In this document: piece after piece, positions 36,830 through 48,466 of the stretch
How the letters are laid out: every line of letters starts with the position of its first letter
Numbering within the stretch: the stretch's first letter is position 1
Assembly (NCBI GenBank): GCA_051876075.1
Contig: JBJEHM010000023.1
Span: forward strand, 6,114-70,113
DNA from: Coriobacteriales bacterium
GTDB lineage: Bacteria; Actinomycetota; Coriobacteriia; Coriobacteriales; QAMH01
DNA length: 64,000 bases
Reading direction: 5' to 3'
Program-made: the position numbers and the translations under genes
The notes under the pieces: generated by a model
The model's database searches: none
What the model saw: only the letters and a program-made list of their open reading frames with translations
Told to the model about the DNA's origin: nothing

Positions 36830-37561
36830 ATGGCAGAGACTAATCCGTATAAGGTTCTTGGCTTGGACGAGGCCGCCTCGAAGGACGAGGTGACCCGCGC
36901 GTACCGCAAGCTTGCCAAGAAGTACCACCCCGACCTCAACCCCGGGGATGAAGCCGCGGCAAAGAAGATGGCAGAGGTGAACGCCGCCTATGACGCCATC
37001 GTCAACGGCACCCCGTATGGCCCCCGTGCCCGCCAGCAGGCGTCGAACCCCTATGCCCAGCAGGGCACAGGCGGCTACTCAAACACCCAGACCTACACCT
37101 ACGACCCCACCACAGGCCAGTACACCCGCAGCAGCGGCTCGGGTCAGCAGGAGTACTACGATCCCTTCGAGGAGTTCTTCCGCAGCTGGTATGGCAACCA
37201 GGGGTCCCAGCACGACTCCAGCTACTACGAGCAGCAGCGCCAGCAGCAGCAACAGCGCCAGCAGCAGTATCAGCAGCAGCGCCGGCAGACCACAGTCTTT
37301 GGCGGCGGCTGCATGACCTGGATCATCGCCTTCCTGGCGATCAACCTCCTGCTCAACCTCTTCCTGGGTGCATGCTCGCGCCTCATCTACGCGCCGGTGG
37401 TCTACACCCAGAGCAGTGGACCAAACAGCAGCTACAGCCAGGTGTACTCCGGCAACGGCTCACAAGGCGGCTCGCAGAACGGCACGCAGGATTCCTCCTC
37501 GCAGCAGGGCGCTCCCAGCCAGCCTCAGCAGGGCTCTCCGTCTGCTGCGGGCACTGTCTAG
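36830..37561 (+). CDS. J-domain (DnaJ N-terminal) membrane protein with Gln/Tyr/Ser-rich linker
   Basis: NPYKVLGL, KKYHPDLNP (HPD), poly-Gln stretch, one hydrophobic helix; lacks the Zn finger and C-terminal DnaJ domains. Confidence 0.88.
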   Translation: MAETNPYKVLGLDEAASKDEVTRAYRKLAKKYHPDLNPGDEAAAKKMAEVNAAYDAIVNGTPYGPRARQQASNPYAQQGTGGYSNTQTYTYDPTTGQYTRSSGSGQQEYYDPFEEFFRSWYGNQGSQHDSSYYEQQRQQQQQRQQQYQQQRRQTTVFGGGCMTWIIAFLAINLLLNLFLGACSRLIYAPVVYTQSSGPNSSYSQVYSGNGSQGGSQNGTQDSSSQQGAPSQPQQGSPSAAGTV

Positions 37562-37609
37562 GTGCCCTTGCCCAAGAGTCAGCAGGGCAAGACAGCATCC
37601 GGAGGCCAT

Positions 37610-38899
37610 ATGCCAGCATCCCGAGATAAGAAGCGTGCGCGCACCCGCCAGATTGGGTTGGCGGCAGGTATCGCCGCGGTTGCAGCCCTCCTCATCTTCG
37701 GCGGCGGGGCCTATCTGCTCACAAAGACGCTTTCCAACAACCAAGACCGGCCCTCTGTCCAACACGACACCATGGTTCTTGCGGCGGGCAGCTTCTCGAG
37801 CGAGCTCGATGCGACAGGTGCTGTCCAGTCTGCGAGCGTCTCCGCGGTGACGATCGAGCTCGAGGGTACCGTGACCTCGGTTGCGGTTGGGGAGGGGGAC
37901 CTTGTTGAGAAAGGCGACCTCCTGTTCACCCTTGAGAACGAGGAGGTGAGCTTGGCGCTGGCCGAGGCTCTGTCCGACTACCGCCAGGCGCAGGAAGCCC
38001 AGAAGGAGGCCAAGGACAAGCGCAGCGAGGCCGAGGCGATTCTGGCAGAGTCCGAGCTCCAGCTGGAAAAGTCAAAGGAGGGCCTCGAGGCGGCGCGGGC
38101 GGCGGCGCAAGAGCACCCCGACGAGCCCTTTGACGAGGCGCCGTACCAGGAGGCCGTTGATAGCGCGCAGACAGCAGTAGACGATGCGAAGGTCGAACTC
38201 TCACAGCAGGAGGCAAGCCTTTCCAAAGCTGAGAAAAGCACCGCCAAGGCACGCTCGGCCTACACCCGGGCACGGAGAGAGCAGGGAAAGCTGAGCATCG
38301 CTGCTCCTCAGCGCGGCACTGTCACGGGCCTGAAGGCAGAAGTCGGGCAGCAGCTGTCACCCACCACGGCGGGCACGCTTGCGTCTGTGGTGGACACGGG
38401 CAAGGTCAACTGCGTCGTGCAGGTGCCGGAGTCGAAGGTGGGGAGCATCAGCAAGGGCCAGAAGGCGTCTGTCACCTGCAGCGCGCTGCCCGGGCAGACG
38501 CTTGCCGCAACGGTCCTCAAGGTGGCTGATGCCCCCACCGAGAAGAGCGCGCCTGCAACGGGAGCCGCACAGGGCGGAGCGGTGATGGGGGATGCCAGCG
38601 GCAACGGGACGCTCTATGGCGTGACGCTCGCCTTCGACGAGCCGCCCCAGGGTCTCGAGCTGGGCATGGCCGTCTCTGCCAAGGTCCACATCGACGATTA
38701 CGGGACGGTATACTACGTTCCCGCAACAGCTGTGGCCAGCGGGAGCTTTGGCATGTACGTCGAAGCCATCGTCGACGAGGCCACTGTCAAGCAATGCAGC
38801 GTGACCCAGGTCGGGACAGCACCCGATGACCAGCTGGTCATCCAAGGGGCCTCCCTGGTCGAGGGCATGCGTATCCGAACCGACCTCTCTGGAGCCTGA
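37610..38899 (+). CDS. HlyD/RND-type periplasmic adaptor (membrane fusion protein), no adjacent transporter
   Basis: N-terminal TM helix, lipoyl half motifs GTVTSVAVGEGDLVEKGDLLFTL and IAAPQRGTV, long coiled coil; GGAGG RBS. Confidence 0.85.
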   Translation: MPASRDKKRARTRQIGLAAGIAAVAALLIFGGGAYLLTKTLSNNQDRPSVQHDTMVLAAGSFSSELDATGAVQSASVSAVTIELEGTVTSVAVGEGDLVEKGDLLFTLENEEVSLALAEALSDYRQAQEAQKEAKDKRSEAEAILAESELQLEKSKEGLEAARAAAQEHPDEPFDEAPYQEAVDSAQTAVDDAKVELSQQEASLSKAEKSTAKARSAYTRARREQGKLSIAAPQRGTVTGLKAEVGQQLSPTTAGTLASVVDTGKVNCVVQVPESKVGSISKGQKASVTCSALPGQTLAATVLKVADAPTEKSAPATGAAQGGAVMGDASGNGTLYGVTLAFDEPPQGLELGMAVSAKVHIDDYGTVYYVPATAVASGSFGMYVEAIVDEATVKQCSVTQVGTAPDDQLVIQGASLVEGMRIRTDLSGA

Positions 38900-38905
38900 T
38901 GCCCT

Positions 38906-41236
38906 GTGACCCAAGCTAAGATCGCGCTGGCCTTCGACACCGCCAGCGATATGCTCGCCCTCTGCGTGGGCGACGTTGCGCCCAGCGAGCCCCGCGTCAT
39001 CGCCGGCGCAGACGCCCCGGCGCCGCGCCAATCCGACCAAGTGCTCCTCAAGAGGGCAGCCGCCCTGCTCGAGGAAAACGGCATGAGCCCACATGACGTG
39101 GAGCTGGTCGTCGTCGGAAGGGGCCCGGGCTCGTTTACCGGCGTGCGCATCGGCATCGCCACTGCCAAGGGCATCGCCTGCGGTCTGGGCTGCCCGGTGC
39201 ACGGGGTCTCCACCATCGACGCGGTAGCTTGGCGCGCGTGGCGGGCAGGGCTGCGCGGCCGCATCGGCGTCGTCGAAGACGCGATGCGCAAGGAGGTCTA
39301 CCCGGTCCGCTTTGAGCTCGGCGAGCAGGGCGTCGAGCGCCTCGAGCTCGACAGCGTGTGCAAGCCCGCTCAGGTTGCGCAGGCATGGCGCGAGGCGGGC
39401 GAGGAGCTGGTGCTGCTGGGAGATGGCCTGCGCAAGCATGCGTCGTGCTTTGACGGGGCCCCCTTCACAATCGGCTCCGAGGAGCTGTGGGCACCCGACG
39501 GCCAGGGCCTGCTGCAGGCCTATGCGGCCCTGCGCCGCGCAGGTGGGCTGGGAAGCGGCGACCCTGCGGTGCTGCTGCCCGTCTACACGCGCCTCTCGGA
39601 TGCAGAGGAGGCAGAGCGCGCGCGGCTGGGGATCGCAGACGCTCTGCCGGCGAGCGGGGTGGCAGACGGACGCGCCGTTGGGGGCCTCTTCCTCCACCCG
39701 CTCTCTGTCAACGACGTTGCCGCCGCCGTCGAGCTCCAACAGCGCGCGATGCCCCAGGACGCATGGACCGAGGGCAAGCTGGCAGACGAGGTCGGCCGGC
39801 CAGACCGCAGCTGGTGGGTTGCCCGCAAGGAGGGCAGGCTCGTCGGCTGCGCTGGCGGCCAGGTGGTCGACGGCGAGCTCTGCATCTTCAGCGTGTGCGT
39901 TGACCCCGAGCAGCGTCGCCAGGGCATAGCTCAGCGCCTCATCGAGCGCGTCGCCACAGACGCGCGCGCCCTGGCTGCAGAGACGGTGACCCTCGAGGTG
40001 CGCACAGACAACAGCCCTGCCATCGCCCTCTACCGCAGCTTGGGCCTGGAGGATGTCGGCGTGCGCCCGCGCTACTACCACGACCGCGCAGATGCGCTGA
40101 TCATGCGCGGACAGCTGCCCTTGAGCTACAGCTACGCCACCGCTGCGGGCAGCTTCCCCATGGAGACCGGCGGCGGTCCGCGTGCCCAAGCCGGTGCCTG
40201 CGCCGGCTCTGCCCGCCCCCTCATCCTGGCCATCGAGAGCTCCTGCGATGAAACCGCGGCTGCCGTCGTCGACGGGGACCGCTGCATCTGGGCAGACCAG
40301 GTTGCCAGCCAGATCGACTTCCACAGCCGCTTTGGCGGCGTCGTGCCAGAAATCGCCTCGCGCAAGCACACCGAGGCCATCGTTCCCGTGGTGATGGATG
40401 CTATGGGGCAGGCTGGTGCTCGCTGGGAGGACCTCTCTGCCGTGGCCGTGACCCAGGGCCCCGGGCTCGTGGGCGCGCTCGTGGTGGGCCTGGCCTTTGC
40501 CAAGGGGCTGTGCTTTGCAACGGGCCTGCCGCTCATCGGGGTGAACCACCTCGAGGGGCATCTCTACGCTAACCGCTATGTGGCTCCGGATATCGAGACC
40601 CCCTTCATCGCCTTGCTGGTGAGCGGCGGGCACACCATGCTCGTCCACGTGAGGGAGTGGGGGGACTACGAGGTCTTGGGGTCGACTCTCGACGATGCTG
40701 TGGGAGAGGCCTTCGACAAGGTGGCAAAGGCTTTGGGGCTCGGCTACCCCGGGGGTCCGATCATCAGCCGCTTTGCCGCTGCGGGCAACCCGCAGGCCAT
40801 CGACTTTCCGCGTGCGATGATGCACAGCGGCGACCTGCGCTTCTCTCTCAGCGGCCTCAAGACGGCGGTTGTCACCTACATCAACAAGAAGAACGCCGCA
40901 GGCGAGCCTGTGAACATCCCCGACCTCGCAGCGAGCTTCCAGGCTGCTGTCGTCGACGTGCAGGTTCACAAGGCCTGGCAGGCGTGCAGGGAAACCGGCT
41001 GCAAGACCCTGTGCATGGGTGGCGGCGTGGCGAGCAACCCCGCCCTGCGCGCCGCGCTTGCAGACAAGCTGGGGCGCCGGGGGGTGCGCGTGGTGATGCC
41101 GGATGCCCACGCGTGCACAGACAATGCCACGATGATCGCCAGCTGCGCCGTCGACCTCTACCGCGAGGGCCTCTTCACCGGCCTCGATGCCGACGTGATC
41201 GCCCACATGCCCCTGCGCAGCAAGGGCGGGGAGTAA
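38906..41236 (+). CDS. tsaD: TsaB-RimI(GNAT)-TsaD triple fusion
   Basis: TsaB: FDTAS, GPGSFTGVRIG. GNAT: V.P..RRQGIA, LEVR.DN..AIALY..LG. TsaD: LAIESSCDETAAAV, GGVVPEIASRKH, HLEGH, VSGGHT, CTDNA.MI. Confidence 0.95.
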   Translation: MTQAKIALAFDTASDMLALCVGDVAPSEPRVIAGADAPAPRQSDQVLLKRAAALLEENGMSPHDVELVVVGRGPGSFTGVRIGIATAKGIACGLGCPVHGVSTIDAVAWRAWRAGLRGRIGVVEDAMRKEVYPVRFELGEQGVERLELDSVCKPAQVAQAWREAGEELVLLGDGLRKHASCFDGAPFTIGSEELWAPDGQGLLQAYAALRRAGGLGSGDPAVLLPVYTRLSDAEEAERARLGIADALPASGVADGRAVGGLFLHPLSVNDVAAAVELQQRAMPQDAWTEGKLADEVGRPDRSWWVARKEGRLVGCAGGQVVDGELCIFSVCVDPEQRRQGIAQRLIERVATDARALAAETVTLEVRTDNSPAIALYRSLGLEDVGVRPRYYHDRADALIMRGQLPLSYSYATAAGSFPMETGGGPRAQAGACAGSARPLILAIESSCDETAAAVVDGDRCIWADQVASQIDFHSRFGGVVPEIASRKHTEAIVPVVMDAMGQAGARWEDLSAVAVTQGPGLVGALVVGLAFAKGLCFATGLPLIGVNHLEGHLYANRYVAPDIETPFIALLVSGGHTMLVHVREWGDYEVLGSTLDDAVGEAFDKVAKALGLGYPGGPIISRFAAAGNPQAIDFPRAMMHSGDLRFSLSGLKTAVVTYINKKNAAGEPVNIPDLAASFQAAVVDVQVHKAWQACRETGCKTLCMGGGVASNPALRAALADKLGRRGVRVVMPDAHACTDNATMIASCAVDLYREGLFTGLDADVIAHMPLRSKGGE

Positions 41237-41269
41237 GGTGCCGGGCCCTGCGGCCCTATAATGCAACCC

Positions 41270-42301
41270 ATGGACACCGCACCCCTCATCCTCATGGTCT
41301 CTGGCGGCTCGGACTCGACGGCTCTGCTGGAGCTGGCTGCGCGCGCTGCTGCCGGCATCGCTCCCTCGGGCCCGCTCGAGGAGCGCTTGCGCGCCATGCT
41401 GCTCGGCTGCCTGCCCTCGCATGCCCGCCTGCAGCTGCTGTGCCTGCATGTGAACCACCAGCTCCGCGGGGAGGATTCCGAGCAGGACCAAGCCTTTGTG
41501 GAGCAGCGCTGCCGGAGCCTGGGCGTCCCCTTCGAATCGCGGCGCGTGGACGTCGCTGCCCGGGTGGGGGAGGGCGCTGCAGGCATGGAGGCAGCCGCGC
41601 GGGAGCTGCGCTACCAGGCCGCTGCCCTGGAGCTCGAGCGCTGGTGCGCGCAGTGTGCGGTCCCGGCCGAGGAGGGCCTCGTGCTCACGGCCCACACTCT
41701 CGACGACCGCGTGGAGACCTTCCTCATGAGGGCGATGGTGGGCACCGGCCCGGGTGGCCTGGGCAGCATCCCGCGCAGGCGCGGCTGCATCGTGCGCCCG
41801 CTGCTCGACGCCACCCGCCAAGAGCTGCGGGACCTGCTCTGCGAGCTGCATCCCGGCAGCGGCCCGGAGCAGCTGTGGAGGGAAGACGCCACCAACCAGG
41901 ACGGGAGCAACTTCCGCAGCAAGGTGCGCATGCGGCTCGTCCCGGTGATGGAGGAGCTCAAACCCGGCTTCCAGCGCAGCCTTGCGCGCACCATGGACCT
42001 CATCGCACAGGAAGACGACGCGCTCTCCTCGGCGGCTGCGGCACTCGTCTACCGCAACCTCATATGGGAGGGCGATGCCGCCCGCCTGCCGCTCAGCGCC
42101 TTGAGGGGGCTCGACGAGCCGATGACCCGCCGCGTTATACGGCAGTGCCTCCTGGTCGTCAAGCCAGAGGCCCGGCTCGAGTCCCGCCAGATACAGAGAG
42201 TGCTTGACGGCATCAAGCGGGGCGGGGCCTTTGCCACGGAGCTCGACGGCGCTTTGCGTGCCGAGGGCTGCGAGGGGGAGCTGCGAATATCCGTACGTTG
42301 A
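41270..42301 (+). CDS. tilS: tRNA(Ile)-lysidine synthetase
   Basis: VSGGSDS PP-loop, HVNHQLR, AHTLDD..ET, RPLL, EDATN; start chosen at the ATG 7 nt after TATAAT (probably leaderless). Confidence 0.92.
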   Translation: MDTAPLILMVSGGSDSTALLELAARAAAGIAPSGPLEERLRAMLLGCLPSHARLQLLCLHVNHQLRGEDSEQDQAFVEQRCRSLGVPFESRRVDVAARVGEGAAGMEAAARELRYQAAALELERWCAQCAVPAEEGLVLTAHTLDDRVETFLMRAMVGTGPGGLGSIPRRRGCIVRPLLDATRQELRDLLCELHPGSGPEQLWREDATNQDGSNFRSKVRMRLVPVMEELKPGFQRSLARTMDLIAQEDDALSSAAAALVYRNLIWEGDAARLPLSALRGLDEPMTRRVIRQCLLVVKPEARLESRQIQRVLDGIKRGGAFATELDGALRAEGCEGELRISVR

Positions 42302-42377
42302 CGATTCCCCGATTGCTGCAGGGCTTTGCCCAAGGTGTGAGACAATCAACAGATGCCGTGAACGTAAGGAGTGTCCG

Positions 42378-42917
42378 ATGAACGAGGATATCCAGAGGGT
42401 TCTGATCACCCAGGAGCAGATCTGCGAGAAGGTCGCCGAGATGGGTGCCCAGATCTCCGCAGACTATCAGGGTGAGCCGCTGCTCGTCGTGAGCGTGCTC
42501 AAGGGCGCTGCCATCTTCATGGCAGACCTCGTGCGCGCCATCGACCTTCCCGTCGAGATGGACTTCATGGCTGTCAGCTCCTACGGCAGCTCCCATGAGT
42601 CCAGCGGCGTCGTCCGCGTGATCAAGGACCTCAACACCCCTGTCGAGGGCCGCCACGTCCTCATCGCAGAAGACGTGCTGGATTCTGGCCTTACGCTCAA
42701 CTACGTCGTCAAGATGCTCAAGAGCCGCAATCCCAAGAGCATCGAGGTGGCGGCCTTCCTCGTGAAGGAGGGAGCGCAGAAGGCTCCCGTCGAGTGCAAG
42801 TACTCCGGCTTTGCCTGCCCGGACGAGTTCCTCGTGGGCTATGGCCTCGACTATGCGGAACGCTACCGCAACCTGCCCTACGTGGGCGTCCTCGACCCAA
42901 AGGTCTACCTGGCCTAG
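42378..42917 (+). CDS. hpt: Hypoxanthine phosphoribosyltransferase
   Basis: VLKGA..FMADL, VSSYG, LIAEDVLDSG.TL, FLVGYGLDYAE.YRNLPY. Confidence 0.96.
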   Translation: MNEDIQRVLITQEQICEKVAEMGAQISADYQGEPLLVVSVLKGAAIFMADLVRAIDLPVEMDFMAVSSYGSSHESSGVVRVIKDLNTPVEGRHVLIAEDVLDSGLTLNYVVKMLKSRNPKSIEVAAFLVKEGAQKAPVECKYSGFACPDEFLVGYGLDYAERYRNLPYVGVLDPKVYLA

Positions 42918-42961
42918 CCCCTCGCACTGCAAGCCCCACTACCCCGAGGAGAACCATCAGC

Positions 42962-45046
<2,085 letters not shown>

Positions 45047-45062
45047 TGAGATAAGCGCGGTA

Positions 45063-45090
45063 GCGGCCCCGGGTGGGGCCGCTGCCTTTT
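45063..45090 (+). terminator. Hairpin terminator after ftsH
   Basis: GCGGCCCC-GGGT-GGGGCCGC followed by TGCCTTTT. Confidence 0.6.
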
Positions 45091-45140
45091 GCAGTGGGCT
45101 ATCATGGTCCGCGAGCACACGACCTAAGGAGAAACACCGC

Positions 45141-45707
45141 ATGGACCACGCAAAGATCGAAGAGGGCGTCCGTCTGATACTCGAGGGTGTGGGGGAGGAC
45201 CCCACCCGCCCCGGCCTCGTTGACACCCCGGCGCGCGTGGCGCGCATGTACGAGGAGATACTCGCCGGAATGAGCCAGGACCCGGCTGAGCTCTTTGCAA
45301 CGACCTTCGACGAGGGCCACCAGGAGATGGTCATCGTCCACGACATCCCCGTCTACAGCATCTGCGAGCATCACCTGGTGCCCTTCTACGGCGTCGCTCA
45401 TGTGGCGTACATCCCCAACCAGAGCGGCCGCGTCTGCGGCATTTCCAAGCTCGCCCGCCTCGTTGACCTCTACGCGCGCCGCGCACAGGTGCAAGAGCGC
45501 CTCACCAGCCAGGTGGCAGACGCGCTGGTGCGCTATATGGAGCCCCTCGGCGCGATGGTGGTCATGGAATGCGAGCACATGTGCATGACGATGCGCGGCG
45601 TGAAGAAGCCCGGCTCCAAGACGACCACCTCTGCTGTACGCGGGACCTTCCAGAGCAGCGACCGAACGCGTGCCGAGGCCATGCGCCTCATCACCCAGGG
45701 CCGCTAG
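45141..45707 (+). CDS. folE: GTP cyclohydrolase I
   Basis: [42 protein letters not shown]. Confidence 0.96.
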   Translation: MDHAKIEEGVRLILEGVGEDPTRPGLVDTPARVARMYEEILAGMSQDPAELFATTFDEGHQEMVIVHDIPVYSICEHHLVPFYGVAHVAYIPNQSGRVCGISKLARLVDLYARRAQVQERLTSQVADALVRYMEPLGAMVVMECEHMCMTMRGVKKPGSKTTTSAVRGTFQSSDRTRAEAMRLITQGR

Positions 45708-45734
45708 CGGGCTTGCCGTTAGGAGCGTTTTGTC

Positions 45735-47015
45735 ATGTGGAAGTGCGGCAAGTTCGAGTTTTCCTGCGGTCACTACATCATGGGGGTCCTCAACGTCACC
45801 CCCGATTCCTTCAGCGACGGCGGGCTCCACAACAGCGTCGAGCTGGCCGTAGCCCATGCAAAGCGAATGGCTGACGAGGGAGCGGACATCATCGACGTCG
45901 GCGGAGAGTCAACCCGCCCCGGCTCACAGCCTCCCAGCATCGAGGAGGAGCTCGAGCGCGTCCTGCCCGTTGTGAGCGCCCTGGTGGCACGCGGCATGTG
46001 CGTGAGCGTGGACACCCGCCATTGGGAGGTCGCCCAGGCTTGCCTTGCGGCAGGCGCCCACATCATCAACGACGTCTCCGGCTTCAGGGACAGCCGCATG
46101 CGCAGGCTCGTTGCCGGCAGCGACTGCGGTGTGGTTGTGATGCACATGCTCGGCGAGCCGGGCACCATGCAGGACTCCCCCCGCTATGACGACGTCCTGG
46201 CCGAGGTGGGCGGCTATCTGCTCCGCCAGGCGCGCTTGCTCCAAGAGGAGGGGGTGGACCCCCAGCGCATCTGCATCGACCCCGGCCCGGGTTTTGGAAA
46301 GACCTTCGAGCACAACCAGGTGCTTATCTCGCACACCCGCTGGCTTTCCCAGCTGGGCTACCCGCTCATGGTCGCAGTCAGCCGCAAGAGCTACATAGGC
46401 GCGGCAACGGGCATCGAGCTGCCCCGCGAGCGCGATGCCGCAAGCGCCCTGTGCGCTGCTGCGGCATGCCGCGAGGGAGCGATCGTAGCGCGTGTGCACG
46501 ATGTGGCCACCACGGCGCGCACCTTTGCCAGCTCCAAGCGCGCCGTCATCGCCTTGGGCTCCAACATCGGGGACCGCTGCGCCCAGCTCGATGCCGCCAT
46601 CGCGGCCCTGAGGCGCGCTCCCGGCGTGTGGGTGTATTCCGTGAGCTCGTATGTGGAGAGCGAGCCCGCCTACAAGGAGGACCAGGCCCCCTTTGCCAAC
46701 GCGGTCGCCGTGCTGGAGACCAGCCTTGCCCCCGCGGAGCTGCTTGAGCTCCTCCATGCGATCGAGGACGAGCAGGGGAGGCTGCGCTTGGAGGCAAACG
46801 GGCCGCGCACCCTTGACCTCGACATGCTCGATTACGAAGGGGTGGTCAGCGCTGACCCCCGCCTCACGCTGCCGCACCCGCGCCTCATGGAGCGGGACTT
46901 CGTCGTCACTCCGCTGCTCGAGCTGCTCGACGGCTACGTGCTCGCAGACGGGCGTGCCGTGACGCGCGAGCAGCTGAGCTGCGGTGCTGTGACGGGGGTT
47001 CTTCGCAAGTCCTAG
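45735..47015 (+). CDS. folP: Dihydropteroate synthase fused N-terminal to HPPK (FolP-FolK)
   Basis: MGVLNVTPDSFSDGG, DVGGESTRPG, SRKS, RVHDV, then IALGSNIG, GPRTLDLD, LPHPR..ER.FV. Confidence 0.94.
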   Translation: MWKCGKFEFSCGHYIMGVLNVTPDSFSDGGLHNSVELAVAHAKRMADEGADIIDVGGESTRPGSQPPSIEEELERVLPVVSALVARGMCVSVDTRHWEVAQACLAAGAHIINDVSGFRDSRMRRLVAGSDCGVVVMHMLGEPGTMQDSPRYDDVLAEVGGYLLRQARLLQEEGVDPQRICIDPGPGFGKTFEHNQVLISHTRWLSQLGYPLMVAVSRKSYIGAATGIELPRERDAASALCAAAACREGAIVARVHDVATTARTFASSKRAVIALGSNIGDRCAQLDAAIAALRRAPGVWVYSVSSYVESEPAYKEDQAPFANAVAVLETSLAPAELLELLHAIEDEQGRLRLEANGPRTLDLDMLDYEGVVSADPRLTLPHPRLMERDFVVTPLLELLDGYVLADGRAVTREQLSCGAVTGVLRKS

Positions 47016-47158
47016 CGACGGCGCGCCGGAGTCTTCTGCCGGCGCCAGCATATTCATCTCAATCGAGCTGGGCCTATGCTAGTATGTGTGTCAACGTGCG
47101 CCCTTTTTCCAGCGCACCGCAAACGTAGCAAAAAACACACCACAGAGGAGGTGCCCCC

Positions 47159-47623
47159 ATGGATGAAGCCGGCATCGAGGAGCTGCTTGACGAGCTTGCC
47201 GAGCGCATCGAGAATTCCAAGCCCGTCCTGGGCAACAGCCAGAAGCGCCAAGTCGAGATCGGCCCGATCTTCGAGATAATCGACGAGATCCGCGACATCC
47301 TGCCCGAGGAGCTCCGCCAGGCGCGCATCATCGTCCGCGACCGCCAGGGCATGATCGAGGCCGCAGAGATCGACGCAAACCGCATCCTCGAGGATGCAGA
47401 GCGCCAGGCAGACCAGATCGCCTCCGAGCAGGAGGTCGTCCGCATCGCCGAGGCCAAGGCCACGGACATCATCGAAGAGGCGATGATGCGCGAGCGTGAG
47501 ATGCGCGTTGGCGCCGAGGACTATGCAGACCAGATCTTCGCCAACCTCGAGACCAACCTGGACAACCTCCTGAAGAACGTCACCCGCTGCCGCGCGCGCC
47601 TCAACAACAGCTCCGCAGACTAG
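47159..47623 (+). CDS. Coiled-coil protein of the DivIVA-like / ATP synthase b-like family commonly found upstream of yceD
   Basis: P.ELRQA..I, heptad A/E/R-rich repeat, GAEDYAD; GAGGAGG RBS. Confidence 0.7.
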   Translation: MDEAGIEELLDELAERIENSKPVLGNSQKRQVEIGPIFEIIDEIRDILPEELRQARIIVRDRQGMIEAAEIDANRILEDAERQADQIASEQEVVRIAEAKATDIIEEAMMREREMRVGAEDYADQIFANLETNLDNLLKNVTRCRARLNNSSAD

Positions 47624-47649
47624 CGCGCGTGCAACATGAAGGGAGGGCC

Positions 47650-48396
47650 ATGCAGGCCTTCGAGCAGTCAATCTACCCAGAGCTCGCCGAGCTCGGGGGC
47701 GTCCGCAGGCTGAGTGGCGTGCTGGACGAGCCCTCCTACGAGGTCGGCGGCATGGTCATGGAGACTCCCGCTGGCTGGAGCTACACCGCAACGCTCACCA
47801 ACACGGGCGAGGCCGTCCTTCTCCAGGGCGAGGTCAGCGCCGTGGCCACCACCGAGTGCGCCCGCTGCCTCGAGCCTGCAACCGTGGAGGTCTCGGCCGA
47901 GCTCCAAGGGTACTTCCTCCTCAACGAGGCGGATCTTGCTCAGGGTTACGAGGAAGACGAGGTCGACGTTGTCGACGCAGACGGCAGCTTCGACATCTCG
48001 TACAACATCCTCGCCTCCCTGTGCTATGCGACGCCCTTCGTCGTGCTGTGCAAGGACGATTGCAAGGGTCTGTGTCCCCACTGTGGGCAGGACCTCAACA
48101 AGGGCGAGTGCGACTGCGCCCAGCAGCCGGACCCGATGAATCCCTTCGCCGCGCTCGCCGGGCTGAGCTTCAGCGAGGACGACGTCGCGCGCGGCCAGGA
48201 GGCTGCCAGGGAATACGGCGACGCCGTCGCCACCTTGGAAGAGGAAGAGCCCCCCGAGCTTTCGCCCGAAGAGGCCGCGGAGCTCGAGAAAGCCCTCTCT
48301 GCGATCTTCGAGGACGGCGCAGAGGGCTACCTGGAGTTTGATGAGCAGGGCAACCTGGTCTTCATCGAGGAGGAGCCGCAGGAACCTGAGGACTAA
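47650..48396 (+). CDS. yceD: DUF177/YceD 23S rRNA accumulation protein with acidic C-terminal extension
   Basis: ECARCLE, LCKDDCKGLCPHCGQDLN..ECDC, NPFAAL; near rpmF. Confidence 0.88.
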   Translation: MQAFEQSIYPELAELGGVRRLSGVLDEPSYEVGGMVMETPAGWSYTATLTNTGEAVLLQGEVSAVATTECARCLEPATVEVSAELQGYFLLNEADLAQGYEEDEVDVVDADGSFDISYNILASLCYATPFVVLCKDDCKGLCPHCGQDLNKGECDCAQQPDPMNPFAALAGLSFSEDDVARGQEAAREYGDAVATLEEEEPPELSPEEAAELEKALSAIFEDGAEGYLEFDEQGNLVFIEEEPQEPED

Positions 48397-48466
48397 GCCT
48401 GCTGCTGCATCACCGTGTTCTGACGAGGCTCGCTCACGTGGGCCTCGTTTCGTCTGAGGAGAGCCG

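Noticed and set aside
37228-37290. CAG-rich tract (also GA/GC-rich tracts at 18860-19220 and 22320-22430) as a CRISPR or contingency repeat
   Set aside because: These are in-frame low-complexity protein linkers (poly-Gln, Glu/Pro, Gly/Asp/Gln) with no repeat-spacer structure
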